The notes: generated by a model not told the origin, from the letters alone. A DNA stretch of 59,811 bases, filler included, from Catajapyx aquilonaris (GCA_000934665.2; 2 parts of 2 records of this genome joined end to end with filler, not necessarily neighbours in it); one strand, 5' to 3'; counted from the first letter of the whole stretch, positions 38,709-53,022 are shown. Translations and numbers: made by a program.

Positions 38709-41700
38709 ATGACCACAGCACGTGTACTGCATCTCCTGTCCTTCTTCTTCCTCCTCCCACCGCCAATTATCTTGTTGGAAGCCAGTCCTCAACGCTCTGA
38801 TTACAAAGAGGTCAGCTCGTATGACACCGAGAGCTACTCTTCGGAGGACGTCCTATACGCGTCCAATTTTCAAGCCCAGAAGGTACCGACGACAAACGAT
38901 GTCCTTCTGGATGTCGCCAATTTCCAATCGCAGAAGATCACTGAGGACAATTCTTCTGGGGCTGAAACAAACGACAGCAAGATTGTGTCGGACCTAGACT
39001 ATAACAAGATATACGAAGACATGACGGTTAGACCCCCGGGTTGGTCTGTGGGTCAAACGATAGGTAACGTCACCAGTTTTTTGTCCTCTTTTCGGAAGCA
39101 CCCAGACGTGGACAGGGAGGAAAGCAAGGTGCGTGACGTCTGGGGAGTCCGGAAGAACGACCAGAAGACCACCATGGACTTTGCTAAGGCCACCATGACC
39201 ACTCTCGACCTTGAAGCTCAGCCCAGTCTGGTGGTACCCAGACAGGTGCCACCTGCGACACCCTTGTACGGCACACTCCCTGGACTCAGGATGAAATTCG
39301 GCAACCAGACAATGATGCCCACATTCGCACCAAGACCCATGCTGACTCCGTACATGCCACAGTGGACAACAAGGATGCCTGGTTGGACTGAACGGAACAC
39401 TAGGACCCCGAAGACATACAGTACACCGGAATGGACAGAGAAGACCACGAGGGCGTTCAGGATCACCAAACCCACGTGGACAACACCTAGGGAGTCACCT
39501 GTCACAGAATTTTCGACAACGCCAAGGTTCACCCCGACACACAGGCCATCGACTCATGGGCCAGTGTCGGCTCATGGGCCAGTGTCGGCTCATGGGCCAG
39601 TGTCGACTCATGGACCATTGTCGACTCATGGACCATTGTCGTCTTATGGACCAGTGTCGACTGATCGGCCAGTATCGACGCACATGCCATTTTCGACACC
39701 CAGACCAGCATCTACGTACAGACCAATGTCCACAGACGCATACACGACAGAGGACGCGTTGAAGTCAGTCACCGGCGCTTTCAGGTACGCGATTTCGGCT
39801 GATCTTTCCTACGCGACGAAGTGTCAGAAGTGTCATGCGAGGGGCAGTTCAGAGAGCACTTCACTTCGTCGTGTAGGAAACATCACAGTTTCTATGCCCC
39901 CAAAAAAATATCTCCTGTTGTTCTGATATGATAAATCGCCATCAGCAGCCCTCCCTTGTTGTGTCCCTAGCTATATCACCGTTACATTAAGTGAAACTTT
40001 GCACAACAATCCTTCCCAACACCTTCATCAGATCATTTTCTAGAAAGTCATCTTTTCTTTCTCACATTTTGCAGGATCGGAGAGTACGAAATAATTCCGG
40101 CCCAACAAGCGGCAGGTTTCGACCTTCCCAGCAGTACAACATTTTTGCCATTATCATCACCATTCAGAAGCACGAGAGTTGTGTCCGATCTCTCTTTCCT
40201 TCCTTCGGTTTCGTCAACCGCAGAGATACTGGTGAAAACCACGCCGATTCCCACCAGGACATCACCACTCTCGTTCAAGACCACAAGATCTGACCCAAAA
40301 GTAACCACGAATGACCTCTTTGCGGACACCACCAGCAGGGAGTCCAAAATGGTCTTCTTCGGATCCACCACTCCTTCGACACCGTACATTCTGCCGTCGG
40401 TGTCGTTACCGGTTAATGACACTGCTGGAGGTGGAAGCGACTTTTACAATAAGGTCATCAAGATGACCCTGGCTAATTTGCCAAAAGTGACCGGACCTGT
40501 GGTGTTCCGGATTGAGAAGCCACCACCGGGGATACCAGTCAGTGTGGATGACTTTGAGGTGATAAAGGCTAATGAGAATGGGACGTATGAGGTTATACCG
40601 CCAACGTTTGGATCAGAGATGTCGTCGACAATGGCACCGTCGACTGCAATCAGAGATGATAAGTTCCACACTGTGTTGATCAACTCGGGACAGATATTGA
40701 AGCTGGAACCGACTGTGACAACAGCTCCAGTGACGGGTCGTCCACTGTTGGTGACCACCACCATCAGACCGTTGCCTATCGGTACGCAGTCGACGTTTGA
40801 GCTGCTGCAGTCCCATGCGGTGTATGACAGTAACCAACAGACGACGACAACAACCACACCGAAGCCCACCCAGAAGACAGTGGTGAGGACGACGGTTCAT
40901 CCGCCCATTGAGACCACGTTGTACTTGGGGCCAAAGCCAAACACTAAGCCGTCAGTGCCAAATCTGCTGGAGATGCTGAGGAACTTCCTGCATGGAAATA
41001 CGGGGCTGCCCCAGGTTGCGACGTTGCCCTCGCTGTTTGCATCGTCGTCAACAGTGAGTCCGCCATCATTGCTGGATCCAAGCTCTGTGTCGATACTTCC
41101 GGGCAGCACCAGGTCTCCGCAACAGACGTTGTTTCAACCCAGTGGCATTTTCAAATCCACACAGTTCAGTCCAACTCCACCACCGTCGTTGACAGGAAAC
41201 ACACCGACGACAGCCACATCATCAGGTATGTGCAGCTGTAATAAACAAATGATAGGGCACTAATTGGCAATCTCATTGACAGTAAACCTGCCTTGGGCAG
41301 ACGATGACAGTATGGGTATGCTGCAGTCACTACTGGGGGCCTTCAAGCCTATACCGTCAACCACCAAGCAAATGTCGACACCCACAACACCAACCCCAAC
41401 TAAATCATCCCACATCGACCTGACCAAACTTTTCAGCAGCCTCAGCACAACCCCATATCGTACCACTCTAGCTTCACCATCACTCTTTACAGCCACCACA
41501 TACCAACCGCCCAGTTCCTTCAACACTCCCGCACCATCATCACCCTTGTCATCAATACCAAAATTTCAACCCATACCAACCACGGACACCTCCAGACCCT
41601 CTCAGCACTCCTTCAAGTTGCCCATAACACCATTCAAAAGCTTCACCATTCCCATCTTAAGTCCCAGCACCAATGAGGATCAGGCCAAAGATGCAGCTAT

Positions 41701-42035
41701 TGAGTTCATCCTGAGGCAGCTGAAACCGCCTGCCAGGGATCTGGAAGCATACAGGCTTGCAGCATCATCTCTGGTGACAGCTACACCAATGTTCTTGCAA
41801 CATAAGACAACTAGCAAGGAGGCGAAATCACTCGGAGCCACAGCATACTTCGAGGACACTCCTGGACTTTCATTCAGTGGCCAGGAGTTCATGGACTTCT
41901 TTAAAAGTACGTGCACAGATCTTTGGAACAATTGGTGTACATTCAACAATTTCTTTACCCTTTTCAGGTGGTAAGGATCCAGATGGCATGAAAATGAACG
42001 AACATCACGAGTATGATGACCCATGGCGAGATTGA
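38709..42035 (+). CDS. Secreted Thr/Pro/Ser-rich mucin-like protein, 4 exons, ~966 aa
   Basis: Exons 38709-39784, 40075-41225, 41301-41906 and 41968-42035 (2901 nt in frame, GT-AG); hydrophobic N-terminus; no recognisable globular domain. Confidence 0.8.
39540..39700 (+). repeat. 18-bp coding tandem repeat ([TA]HGP[VL]S)n
   Basis: About 7-8 units of the type ACTCATGGGCCAGTGTCG, decaying at both ends. Confidence 0.9.
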
Positions 42036-43263
42036 AGAGCTGGACAGCAACACACTGTTGCAATCTTCAAAATGCCTACGTGACAATCATTGCACATGTA
42101 CAAATCCAGGTTCGGACATCGCCTTACAGAAGAAAAAATAGTTGCTAGTCATCTATTACACCCAACGGATTTCCAGTTCACAAACGCGGAGGAATATGCA
42201 ACACTTTGCCGAGAAGTTGCAAGTATACGAATCGTTAAGTTCTAATTTATGTTAACTGTAAGGATTTTTTTTTCATGGTTAAGTAAAGGCCAAAGGAAAA
42301 TAATGAAACATAATATGTTTGGTTCTCCTCCCAAATACCTTTTTATTCCAAGCCTCTTTTGCTTCCAGAGAAACTCACACGGTTAACATAACTCACAATG
42401 ATTTCCAACCATCATTGTTACTTGCACTTTTAAAACAACCAATTCACAAAGACATGGATCAGGGGGGGGGGGGATATGGCAAAAATGCTTGCCTTACATT
42501 GCTGCACTTAAACAGTACAAAAAAGTAGTCAATTTGGCACAAAAAAAGAAATACCTACCCAAAAAAAGAGGTAACCATGGTTCTTTTTTTTATAGCTTCT
42601 CACATCACCACGTCAGCTACAACAATTAACAATCAGAGATCAAGTGCAGTCATAGTTAACTCATCCTTCATCACTATCTCTGTGACGTATTGTTACAAAC
42701 TGCGTAACAACCAAAAAAAGTGCGTTTTCTGCCACCCCTTTCTGTTTGTATAAGAGCGAAGAAAAGTACAATATATTGCAAGTTGTCAGTCACAAAAAAG
42801 GATTAACCCCCTATTTGATTATTATTACTTTGTAATGTATTTCATTTATATTTTTTTGGTCAGACGCAGAAGGATTTGAGGCACACTTATAGTCTCACTA
42901 CTGCAACTCTGAATATATATTTTTTCCTGATACAATAATTCTTTGAGCAAAAAACTATACCATATAAAAAACAAAAAAGAAGCACTGATACAACATCTGT
43001 AGAAAAAAAAACAAAAATTTGATCTACCCTCAAATATATAATTTTTTTGGAACATGATTCTACAATCCTGGATAGATCTGTACAATTACTTCAGTGTGCG
43101 TATTATGTATAAGTGTGTTTTTTTAAAAACCAGTTTTGCTTTTCTTCGGATTTAATATAAGGGGGTTCAATTATTTCACTTTCATGCATGATCAAGAGCA
43201 GGGGAGATAATGATGCAGTCAGTCCAACAGAAGCGGCTCTGTTGGCCATCTCGGCTCCGCAGC

Positions 43264-45170
43264 CTAGATTTCCATCTGGAACTGCGGCTCCTGAGGCTCG
43301 TCCGCTTTAAAAAATTTTTTACAGAAGCAAACATTAACATCGAGGGTTTTAAAAAGCGCCAGACATGATGAAAACAATGCATGCCGTGCACTATTTATTT
43401 AGCAATTATATTAGTATGGAAAATGTCAATTAAAATCCTGCAGTGCATTTAAGAATGAGCCCCAATCATTCAATATGTTGGCGTTGGCAAGTGACTGTCT
43501 AAATATTTAACTTTAAAGACCTCGATACGTGGCCTTTCGCCACTTTGTTGGGACTTGGCCAAAGAGGGCTCTCTAAATTTAGTCTACATGGAAAACAAGA
43601 TGCGTGTGTGGGTTGGGGTATCCCCAAACTGTGCCAAATTCCACAAATTGAATGCCCAGTCAGATGAAGAAAAAAAAACTGAACTGTAGAGGACAAAGGC
43701 CTCGGAAAGAGCACATGATTTGCAAAATGTACACTGCCTGCGGCGAAGCTTTGCCATTTCCAAATTACTTGGAAATTGAATGTTGATAATATGGCTAATT
43801 CCCTCGTGATATAACAATCTTTGAACAAATTTTATGTAGGTACAAATTTTCACCCATGCCTGAGAGTTTCCCATTTTTAATTTTATAAATGTTTAATAAT
43901 AATTAAAACTTCCATAGTCTTATATTTTGTCAAATTTAACTATATCCCACAGGTCATGCAATTTACGTACTAATATGGATAGCTAATATTCTCAAAATGC
44001 AATCCGAAATAATGTATCATCTTACCTTTCTTTTCCGGACTTGCAGGAATGTTTCCATTCTCTTTGGGCGATTGCTGCACAACGGCAGTGGCAGTGGTGG
44101 GGGACTGGTTGTGGGGTTTGGTGGGGGAAGATCCCGGAAGGATTCCAGGGATGTTAGGGAGGTTCTTGGGAGGGGTCCGAGCAAGAGGCGAGTTTCGTAG
44201 GTTCAGAAGGGCAGTGCGATCGTAGACGATGCGAGTTCCTGCAAACAGAGTGATTGTTATAGTGATCCTTAAATGGCACATATGGTAATAGTCCGCACAT
44301 GAGCTGACCGATAGTATATCATGAGCACCAATTATAAAGTAACAGTGCAGCCCACCCTCGAGACCATCTCTTGATGCACTTACAATAAAAATTAAGGATA
44401 AGGAAACAATTATTTTAAGAAGCCAGTACATTCAGTTGTAACATTTTTAAAATAGCGAATAAATGGAAATCAATATTTGCTATAACAACTTTAACACTGG
44501 AAGCTTCCACTACTACAAGTCTCATGTACAAAAATTAAACTCTGTGGGAATCATAATGTAGTGAATAATTTAATTCTGGGTTGTAGTAAAGGGGAGTTTT
44601 AAAAATATCCAGACAGTGTGTGTTCCAACTTAAATAAATGTATGTAGTGGGTAGCCATTTCTGGACACTAAGCCGTTATTTTCAATCATTACCTTTGCAT
44701 TAATTTTTTAGTGGTTATCAAGAGTATTACATGGTAAAATAAGGCACAATTAAATAATCTGATGAATCCACACAATTCAATATTAGCCACAAACTATTTA
44801 TGTAAAAGTAACTAACTGCTTAAAAGTAAGCAGATCCGTGCCATAAAATTGCTAACCACTGCAATTGTAATATCCTGTATGTTAGTTATTTTTTAGACAA
44901 TCACAATTCTGAATATAAAAATAATGAGCAAATCAATATTAATGGCTTCTTAGCACTTCGGAGATTCCCTGTCTATTGCTTTGAAAAACTATAATGCACC
45001 AGTGCTAAAAGCACCAGTCTTGTTTTACCTCCTGGAGTAGTGGAGTAGAGAGTCCCTCCCGGTGTGGTTGAGTAGTCACTAGGCAACTGAGAGGCATCGT
45101 TAATTATTATTCGCCTGGAAGGGATCACCTGGCTCTGCGTGGCCTGTCGGGCTACAGGAGATGCAGACAT
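43264..45170 (-). CDS. 4E-BP: eIF4E-binding protein (4E-BP/Thor), 3 coding exons, 131 aa
   Basis: Exons 45170-45029, 44238-44026 and 43304-43264 (396 nt). [20 protein letters not shown], eIF4E-binding YDRTALL (YxxxxL-phi), SPLARTPP, C-terminal TOS motif FQMEI*. Confidence 0.97.
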
Positions 45171-48058
45171 TGTTGGAAGTTCTGGAAGTAATTAAATCAA
45201 GCAGTAAGTAGGAAGCAATCACCCCAATGGTATGATGAAAAACAATGCACGACACAATGGCTTCGACGATTACGCTGTTTTGATATCTGGCATGAAAGGT
45301 CCTTGCAATGTCATACATACTGTGCTGCACATTACATAAACAATCCTTTGACACTGGCATAAAGTATAGTGTTGTTTCCATAGGGATGCTTCCTCACAAC
45401 AGCACACTTGCCATTAACTTTCCCTGCCATGACAATATGATAAGAGTTAGACATGTTTCTACACCGAACTTGTGAATCACACTTGGGCGTTAAAAATAGC
45501 TACAATGATAGGACCAACTTGTATCACATCATTTCCTTTCACTCTATTGTCAGTAAAAAAAGTATGTCACTGCCATCAGTCACCCAACCCACAACATGTG
45601 GCCTTTTTAAATTCACATACTGCACTGTGGTTAAAATCAGGAACAGAGTTTACACATGTGCATGAGTCACCGTCATCACACAGACTGCACGGCTTACAAC
45701 ACGAATATTAACAGTTAAACAGAAACACGATAACAAAATTTTTGCGTACACCTGTCGAACGTAATGGAGACCTGCTCATTCATTGGACAATTAATGTGGT
45801 ATCTAATACTTTAAATAATTATTACGTCCTTAATATCTTTCCTAACCACGATAATGCAATATTGGCCTAGACGCTCCGTAGTTAATCTGTTACATCAGGC
45901 AGCCTGCTCTGCCTCATAGGCCAAGAGTGCAGCAATTATTTGGCTTCACAAATGAACTTCATGACTACCATGACACGTGTAAACCCGCTGCGGAATACAC
46001 ACTATTTGCCAACTGTACCCATAGCGTAAAATCCTGCTATAATTTCCAAGCAACCTAGATGACACCAAGTCTCACTCAAGGAAATGCATTAAAGACAAAT
46101 AAAAAAATGAACACCACAACAACACTTATCTCCACATGATAAGCCATCCATATGCCAACAGATAATGCGACCCAACCAGACCCCGCATCCAACCCCACAT
46201 TGTTCCCCATGTGCCCCCAGTACGCCCCTAGCCCTGCCCCGAGGCGGATACTCACAAACGGAGGTCCTAAGGCGCAGAAAATGCGAACAAAAATAATAAT
46301 AATAAAAATTCTCCCTTCCCTTGTCCCCGACTGGAAGGCCCGTTCGAATCGATGCGGACCAGCAAGACAGAACAAGCACGACACAAGTGCGTCATACCCG
46401 ATCGCACCACAATCACGCCATGTTTCTAATGTAGTTTAATACCACTGTATTAATAACCTCATATTGCAGTTGGATTCACACTATGTGCCGTACACACGAG
46501 GTATTGTTGGGATCAGAATTGTGCCAACATGTGGCCTGATTGCAGGTTCAGGAAGCGGCGGTCCGAATGCGGCGTGCAAAATGCACATGGTTGCGAAATT
46601 TAACTAATTGAGTGGGCGGGACTCTTGAATTTTTGCACATTTTTATATGACAGCTGGCCGAGATCGCACCTGCCGCTCCTTATATTATGGCACGACAGAT
46701 AAAGCCTCGGGGGGTTCAAGACTTGAAATGCCAGTGCACAGAGTTCAAGCATGAGTTGACCGATTCAACGATTTTCCGGTGAAATCAGGTGAAATCTTAC
46801 ACGCGTGTATATATAAGGTAGTTTGTTTGCTTGTCCATGGCAACAGGCCGTGGAAAGAACAGGTTCTACTGCTAGTGTAAATTAATAAAGTAAATTGCTT
46901 CTTACGTATATACAGCACATATAAGGGAAAGTTTTTGTTAGTGTCCACAAGAGCTGGTGTCCATTGCAACTCCGTGTCCATGGCAACATGCCAATTAATA
47001 TAAAGTATTAAACGTAAAGTATTGCTTCCCTACAACAATTTTTTCGAATTTTAAGCAGGCTATGTTATTCAGACCAGGTTCAGACATACGGTGCTATAGG
47101 CAGGCGTGTTGTCTGCAGCTAGCAGATGTGATGATCACATTCGCGCATAAAATATGCGGTGAATTATGCAAATTGCGTCCATATGTTGCAGTGATTCAGG
47201 CACATATAACTTTCAGCTGCCCATTATTACGGAGGTCGTGAATGTATAAAATGTGAGATATATGACTATAGTTGCGCGTGTATTGCAATATGGATTGGAA
47301 CTTCAACAATTTATGTGGATCGCATACAATAAGCTACAAATGCCGATAGTAAAACTGCAGTTATTTCTTATCTCACATACACAGTATGCAACACTGTGAT
47401 ACTGTCGGCTGCACATTCCATTGTTATGTAACTCTTAATCATAACTTTGAAAAATGTCAAGCTCTGTGGATTTTGATTGGGGTGAATTTTGATCTATTTT
47501 TGTTGCCACAATTTTACGCTTAGGTCATAAATACCACTTGTTAAAACCTCTCCTGTAAACATAAACCTTGCAGATATTCCTTATTGGACTAATTTGCAAT
47601 TTATTGCCGCCAATTATCTTTCAGCGTCATCGGTTACAGACTGCGTTTCAACTCGGATATCGTGTCAACATCATGTGCTTCGTTACCAGACACAAATTAC
47701 ATAACATAGCATCATAACATGCGAGTTTCCACATTTCGCAAAACGAATTGGCGAAAAACCGTTTTCGCTCGCCTCCCGGACAATTATTTACCTTTTTTTA
47801 TTGGGTTACGTCAGAGTTTTGCGCGTCGCGTCACACTATTTCAAGGACATGTTTACATCTGTCGCATTGCAATTTTTTTGCCAATTTGGGAGTGGCTTTC
47901 CATATCGCAATTATTATGCAGGTAAAATACCTATACATTAAAAAAGTGCACTTCCGGTGCAATTTCGCAACTTGCAAGTAAGCACGTCTACGTCTCATGT
48001 GCAAAAAAAAAAAAAATCGCTGACCTTGCCAACGGCTTCAAATATCGCTTAGAGGTCA

Positions 48059-49216
48059 ATTGCATCATAACCTCAACCCTTTTCGCATTATTTTTGCACC
48101 AGTGCGAAACAAACGAGTCACCCGATCCCCTGAACTATTTTTATGTATAAAAGACGCGCACGTTAGGACCTTACCGTAAGCATGTACCGGCAATTTGTAC
48201 ATACGCAAATTGCAACGTGTATGCGCATTACTTCAATTACATGTGAGATAACGCGAAATTCACAGTGTGTATGTAGCAGTTTACATTTTTTGCAAATGTT
48301 TGGGCCCAAATTGTGTGAAAATTTTTGCCATATTTTTTGGGGGTTAACTGCTGCCTTATTTGGGGGGTGAATTTATGGACTTACGATACCTGTACGATAC
48401 ACTGTAAAATTATCGTAACTGTAGGTACATTTTTCGTGAATCCACATGTGAAATTGAAGGGTTCGGGAGAAAAACATGTTAACCGTCGAGGCCTTCAATT
48501 CACATAGGTCATTGGGCAAAAAACCGATTGTAAACCGCACTGTTTTCCGGTATGTCTCTTAGCCCAACAATACACGTAACAATGCAGTAGGCTGGTTCTT
48601 ACCTTATAGTTTGTTGAGAAAAAGATGTGCTAGAGCGGACCTGCAGTCATGTGAATATTCCGCGCAGTAATAGCTTTAAACCCCGATCGTGCGTAGCTAC
48701 CAGCTGGCAATGCTCGTGTATTTACTATCTAACGACGTAGCAACCACACGTATCTCCACTAGTCTCGTGAATCTCCGAGACTGGCGCGCATTTACCGGGC
48801 ATAGAATATGTTGTTTCCCCCTCCCCCCCGCCGGTACGTGCACACCTCGTAATGAGTTAGTTGTAATATCATGTCTAGTTATCAATGGTATGTTGATAGG
48901 TATTGATGATGAGGTCGTGACAGACATTCCTGAGAGGAGTACGTGTGTCAGATGGGGGCATTTCAAATGTTGCATCACAATGGTGCACATGCTTTCCTGA
49001 TAATGACATGGCATGGGCTGTACAAACCTGTTGGGGGTCATGCCCTATCAGTGGTCATGTTGCAGACACTCAAGTCATTACATAAAATCAAATGTGGTTG
49101 GAGCTGAAAAACAATTTAATGTTAAATATTTTTGGCAACTTGCCATCTGCACTTTTTAGTGACGACGGTGAAGACAGGTATTGTTGGAGCATGGTGTAAG
49201 GTACGAAATTGTTTAC
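48059..49216 (-). promoter_or_regulatory. Putative 4E-BP promoter / first-intron region with ATF4-like and FOXO-like sites
   Basis: An acceptor 11 nt upstream of the ATG (45182) implies a 5'UTR exon; candidate donor AAG|GTAAGA at 48603/48602; ATTGCATCA 48059-48067, TTGCATCA 48970-48977, TTGTTTAC 49209-49216. Confidence 0.4.
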
Positions 49217-49699
49217 AGAAATATGGTCACCCCTATGATAAATAATTATATTCATAAAAATTTAATCTGGTACTGAACCCAGCATACCCGCAGTATCCTA
49301 GTGCCAGCTAGTTGAAATTATTATTCTGCGGCAAACCTTCATACTGAATGATAGGGTTTGATTTTACTCACCAAGTCCACGGCTTTTTACAAGTCCATTG
49401 TAAGCTCAACTGCCAAGTGATTTACCCCTTGGACTTATTACCCTCACCTACAACATTATGGACCTTCTCTCCAACCTGTACCTCTCACTCACATCATACA
49501 CAAAGAGGGAAAGAATAGGACAATAATGGTCAGTCACAAATTTTTCAGTGCTGTACAGAGTTAGTTGTGAAAAATGTTGGGAAGCAATGGACACATAATA
49601 CATTGCAATAATTCCTGTATAATTTATTGTTACATTATGTTACACTGCACTATGTACAGATTGAGTGAAAACTAGTATCTACAATATGGCCGTATGCAT

Positions 49700-51961
49700 T
49701 CATTTATCTTCTCCTTCCAACTTCTTGTCCAGTTTCTCAAACTCCTTCTTGGCGATAATGTCAGACTGATCCTCCACTTGTTCCACAGCCACGACCTGCA
49801 AGTATCAAGCAATTTCAATGTTACAGAATCAAAATCAAATAATGAAAATTAGACATATCAACAGTACAAATAGTAAGTTACTTCAGGAATGTAGAACTGA
49901 AGCATGTTCTGAACCCCATTTTTCAGAGTGACCACTGAGCTTGGGCAGCCCGTGCACGATCCTTGCATTCTGAGCTTGACCACACCATCTTTAAAACCCT
50001 GCAAATAAAACGTGGTTACAGTTATTATCAGGTGTACAAGTTTATGCTCTCTCCATGTGCTCCAACTATTATTCAACCCATTCTTACTCGTTGTGAAGGA
50101 GGCAAGGGAGAATACCTGTACTATACCCGATAAATTAATAATTACACTGCAGTATTATTCACCTTTGATAACATTGCTGCTGACAGTGCAGAACATGCCA
50201 AACCACACTAATAAAACTTGTTCATGCTATCAGGAAGCCAATATTACTTGTGCATGTCGTCAAGCATTTTCCCTCCTCCTCCTTCTCCACTTTCTCCCTA
50301 TTAGCTGATGCCATCAAAAAAGATCTTTAAGAAAACAATGAGTAATAAATATTCGTTGCTGGCCAGCATCCTTACATGCTGGCACCAACTGCAACCTGTA
50401 ACATCATGTAAACCCACCATGAATATGATGTCCCCTCCATCTTCCATAACAGTTGGCCTGATCCTCGTGTCCAAAAGCTCCTTGATCATCTGCACAGTCT
50501 CATCATCATCTTCATTTATCTCTGCAAATTATGTATATGCATTAACAAGCAGTAAGTTCACTCCAGACACTAGCGTAGAGTCTTTCTCTACTATCAATTT
50601 TTCTCCATGCGTAACATCAGCATCCAGATAGCTATTTCAGTCCCATAAAGTGAGATACAGTTGACTCAGGATAAAACAGCCTCGACTATAAGAGACTTTC
50701 AGTTATAACATATTCGAATGGCTGCTCCTGGCAAACTTCCATGAGGCCCTGCGCATTTTTCTCCTGATATAACCCTCATTTTCACATCACCTCAGGTATA
50801 ACAGACCATTTCTTGGCCCTTTGAAGGGTAAATTTGCATTTTCTGGTATATATTGGCAAGAAGGAAACGGCAGAAGAAAATTATGTATTTTTTTGGTCAT
50901 ACGGAATTTACGGATGAGCGAATTTCACATTTTGTGGATAGTTTCATTAATCAGTGTGAAGTAGTGTGCATTGTAGGCACAAGGAAACCAGAAAACTTAG
51001 TTTATCCATTGCAAAAGTTACGATTTGGCTATAACAGACCTTGGTTATGAGAGACTTTTTCCACAGTCCCTTGAAGGCTGTTATATCCTGATTCAACTCT
51101 ATAACTATCCTGCCAGATCAGCAGAGATTCATTGAATATGTACAGCAATGCATATGATGGTGTATGGCAGTGATGCTTTTCAGTTCCTTGTATGAAAAAC
51201 TCTCAGCAAGAGCACAACCTGATAATTCCATGTAAATTTGGGTCATAAATTCTGCACAGTAAATTTATTACGTGTGTCGGGAGACGGTTGAGCATCCGTG
51301 ACGATGGGCAGCCCCGAAGCGAAGAAGTCCATGACAGCCGCAAATATCTCAGGCTTCAGCAACCTCCATTCCACCTCATCATCAGCCTTCGTAACAGTGA
51401 TAAAGTCAGGGCCAAAGAACACCCCTTTGACTCCCTCCACACGAAACAGCACCTTGGCAAGCGGGGAGCAATGGGCACTCTTCAGGTTCGGGAAGTCCAT
51501 CGTGCCTTTTTCCAGGACCTGACCAAAAGCGAAAGGTACATTATGATAGTGCTCTTCTAGGCGAGATTGTGACATTATTTTCTCATTCAATGCAACGTTG
51601 CAGTGCCGGAATCTGTTCTTTTGCATACTCCAGTACCTGTACTCCTGGAAGGAACTTGAGGCAGTTTGGGTTGGGCGTCTCCTGCGTCTGGATGAACATT
51701 CCTCTGGGACACGTCAGATGCAAACCTCTGGACATGTCCCTTCGAATATGTCCTCCTTCCAGCCTCATCAGTTCCGTCACCTTCCTGACGCCGCACCTGC
51801 TTCAGTACGGAATCATACCATGATGCCTTGATATCAAAATGTGGCCCATTTCAAGCCCTATCTTCTGGAATGACTTACGTGGCGGGCAAGGCAACGGCGG
51901 GCAGGCCACGGGCCGGGCACCGTCCAAGTCCGGTCGAAATCATGCGACGTAGAGCGGCCAT
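49700..51961 (-). CDS. NFU1: NFU1 mitochondrial Fe-S cluster scaffold, 6 exons, ~268 aa
   Basis: Exons 51961-51879, 51796-51637, 51518-51272, 50521-50418, 49998-49882 and 49795-49700 (807 nt). Arg-rich presequence, [48 protein letters not shown] (CxxC). Confidence 0.96.
50658..51099. mobile_element. Tigger/pogo-type MITE in NFU1 intron 3
   Basis: TA|CAGTTGACTCAGGATAAAACAGCCT ... AGGCTGTTATATCCTGATTCAACTC|TA, with repeated TATAACAGAC subterminal motifs. Confidence 0.75.
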
Positions 51962-53022
51962 CTTTGCAATGGTATCGACAATCGATACTGCTAATGCTAC
52001 CATAATTATTTACAAAATTATAAAAACAAAAATAGTGTACTCTGTTATTTATTTCAGGTAATTAATAGCAATTTATTGTAATGATTACTCCCGATTTAAT
52101 ATGTCAAAATGGAACATAATGCAAATAGTATTTGATCGATTCCATACATTAAGGCGGCAGGTACAAACTGTAATTTATTCACCAAAATAATTTGACATTA
52201 TTTACCTCCAAAATGTAACGCAACGAACATTATATATGCTCTCACTCCTTATTATGCAAAAAAAACTGTTATGTTCTCATGAACATTTGAAAGCCACATT
52301 TATTTAATCATTTTTTTTATTTTTATTAATGGACAGGCAGTGGGTATGTTATTTACATCCTGATAGCCGATTTATCCTTTGGACTACAATTTAGCAACAA
52401 ACACTGTATTTTTCAATTTTTATGCTATATTATTATTGCCATTTGCTGTTAAATATGGTTATTCGGGGAGAGCAGTCACGTGTTAAGCATACCGTACACA
52501 TATATTCAGTAGAGAAATTAAAGAAATGCACTTCCATGAAATTGGAGATCTAAGAAGCTTACATGAATATTAATATATTAATTCTGGAGAACATATTGCA
52601 TGCAAGTAGAGTACAAGTTAGTGTATGTGCAATAAGTTGTCGACGAAGTGTCCTTATTGTTATAGCTAATTACTTTGACGTCCTGCAAATTTGTGACAGG
52701 GTGTACTCTTTCTGAATGTACTCTGACCTGGAATCCTAGATAATGCAGAAAAGGCTAACACACATGACTCGTCCCCAACCAGATAAGCGATGTGGACATT
52801 TTATAGGCTCGAAAATTTTTGAGGTGGAGCTTTCCAAAGTATGTCGATGTGGATTTATCAATGTCAATTTCATGAATCATGTTAATTAACAAATTACCAT
52901 ATTCCAAAGGTCATACAAATATTATTATTGAGGATATCTGAAGACCATACATAACAATATATCTACATTGATTTACATCCAAAAGAGTATTTACTGATAT
53001 GCATATCCATGCTGTGTAATAA

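Noticed and set aside
39785..39926. Cys-containing tail (KCQKCH) of the 405-aa ORF
   Set aside because: It lies after the AG|GTACGC donor and is intronic in the frame-consistent model.
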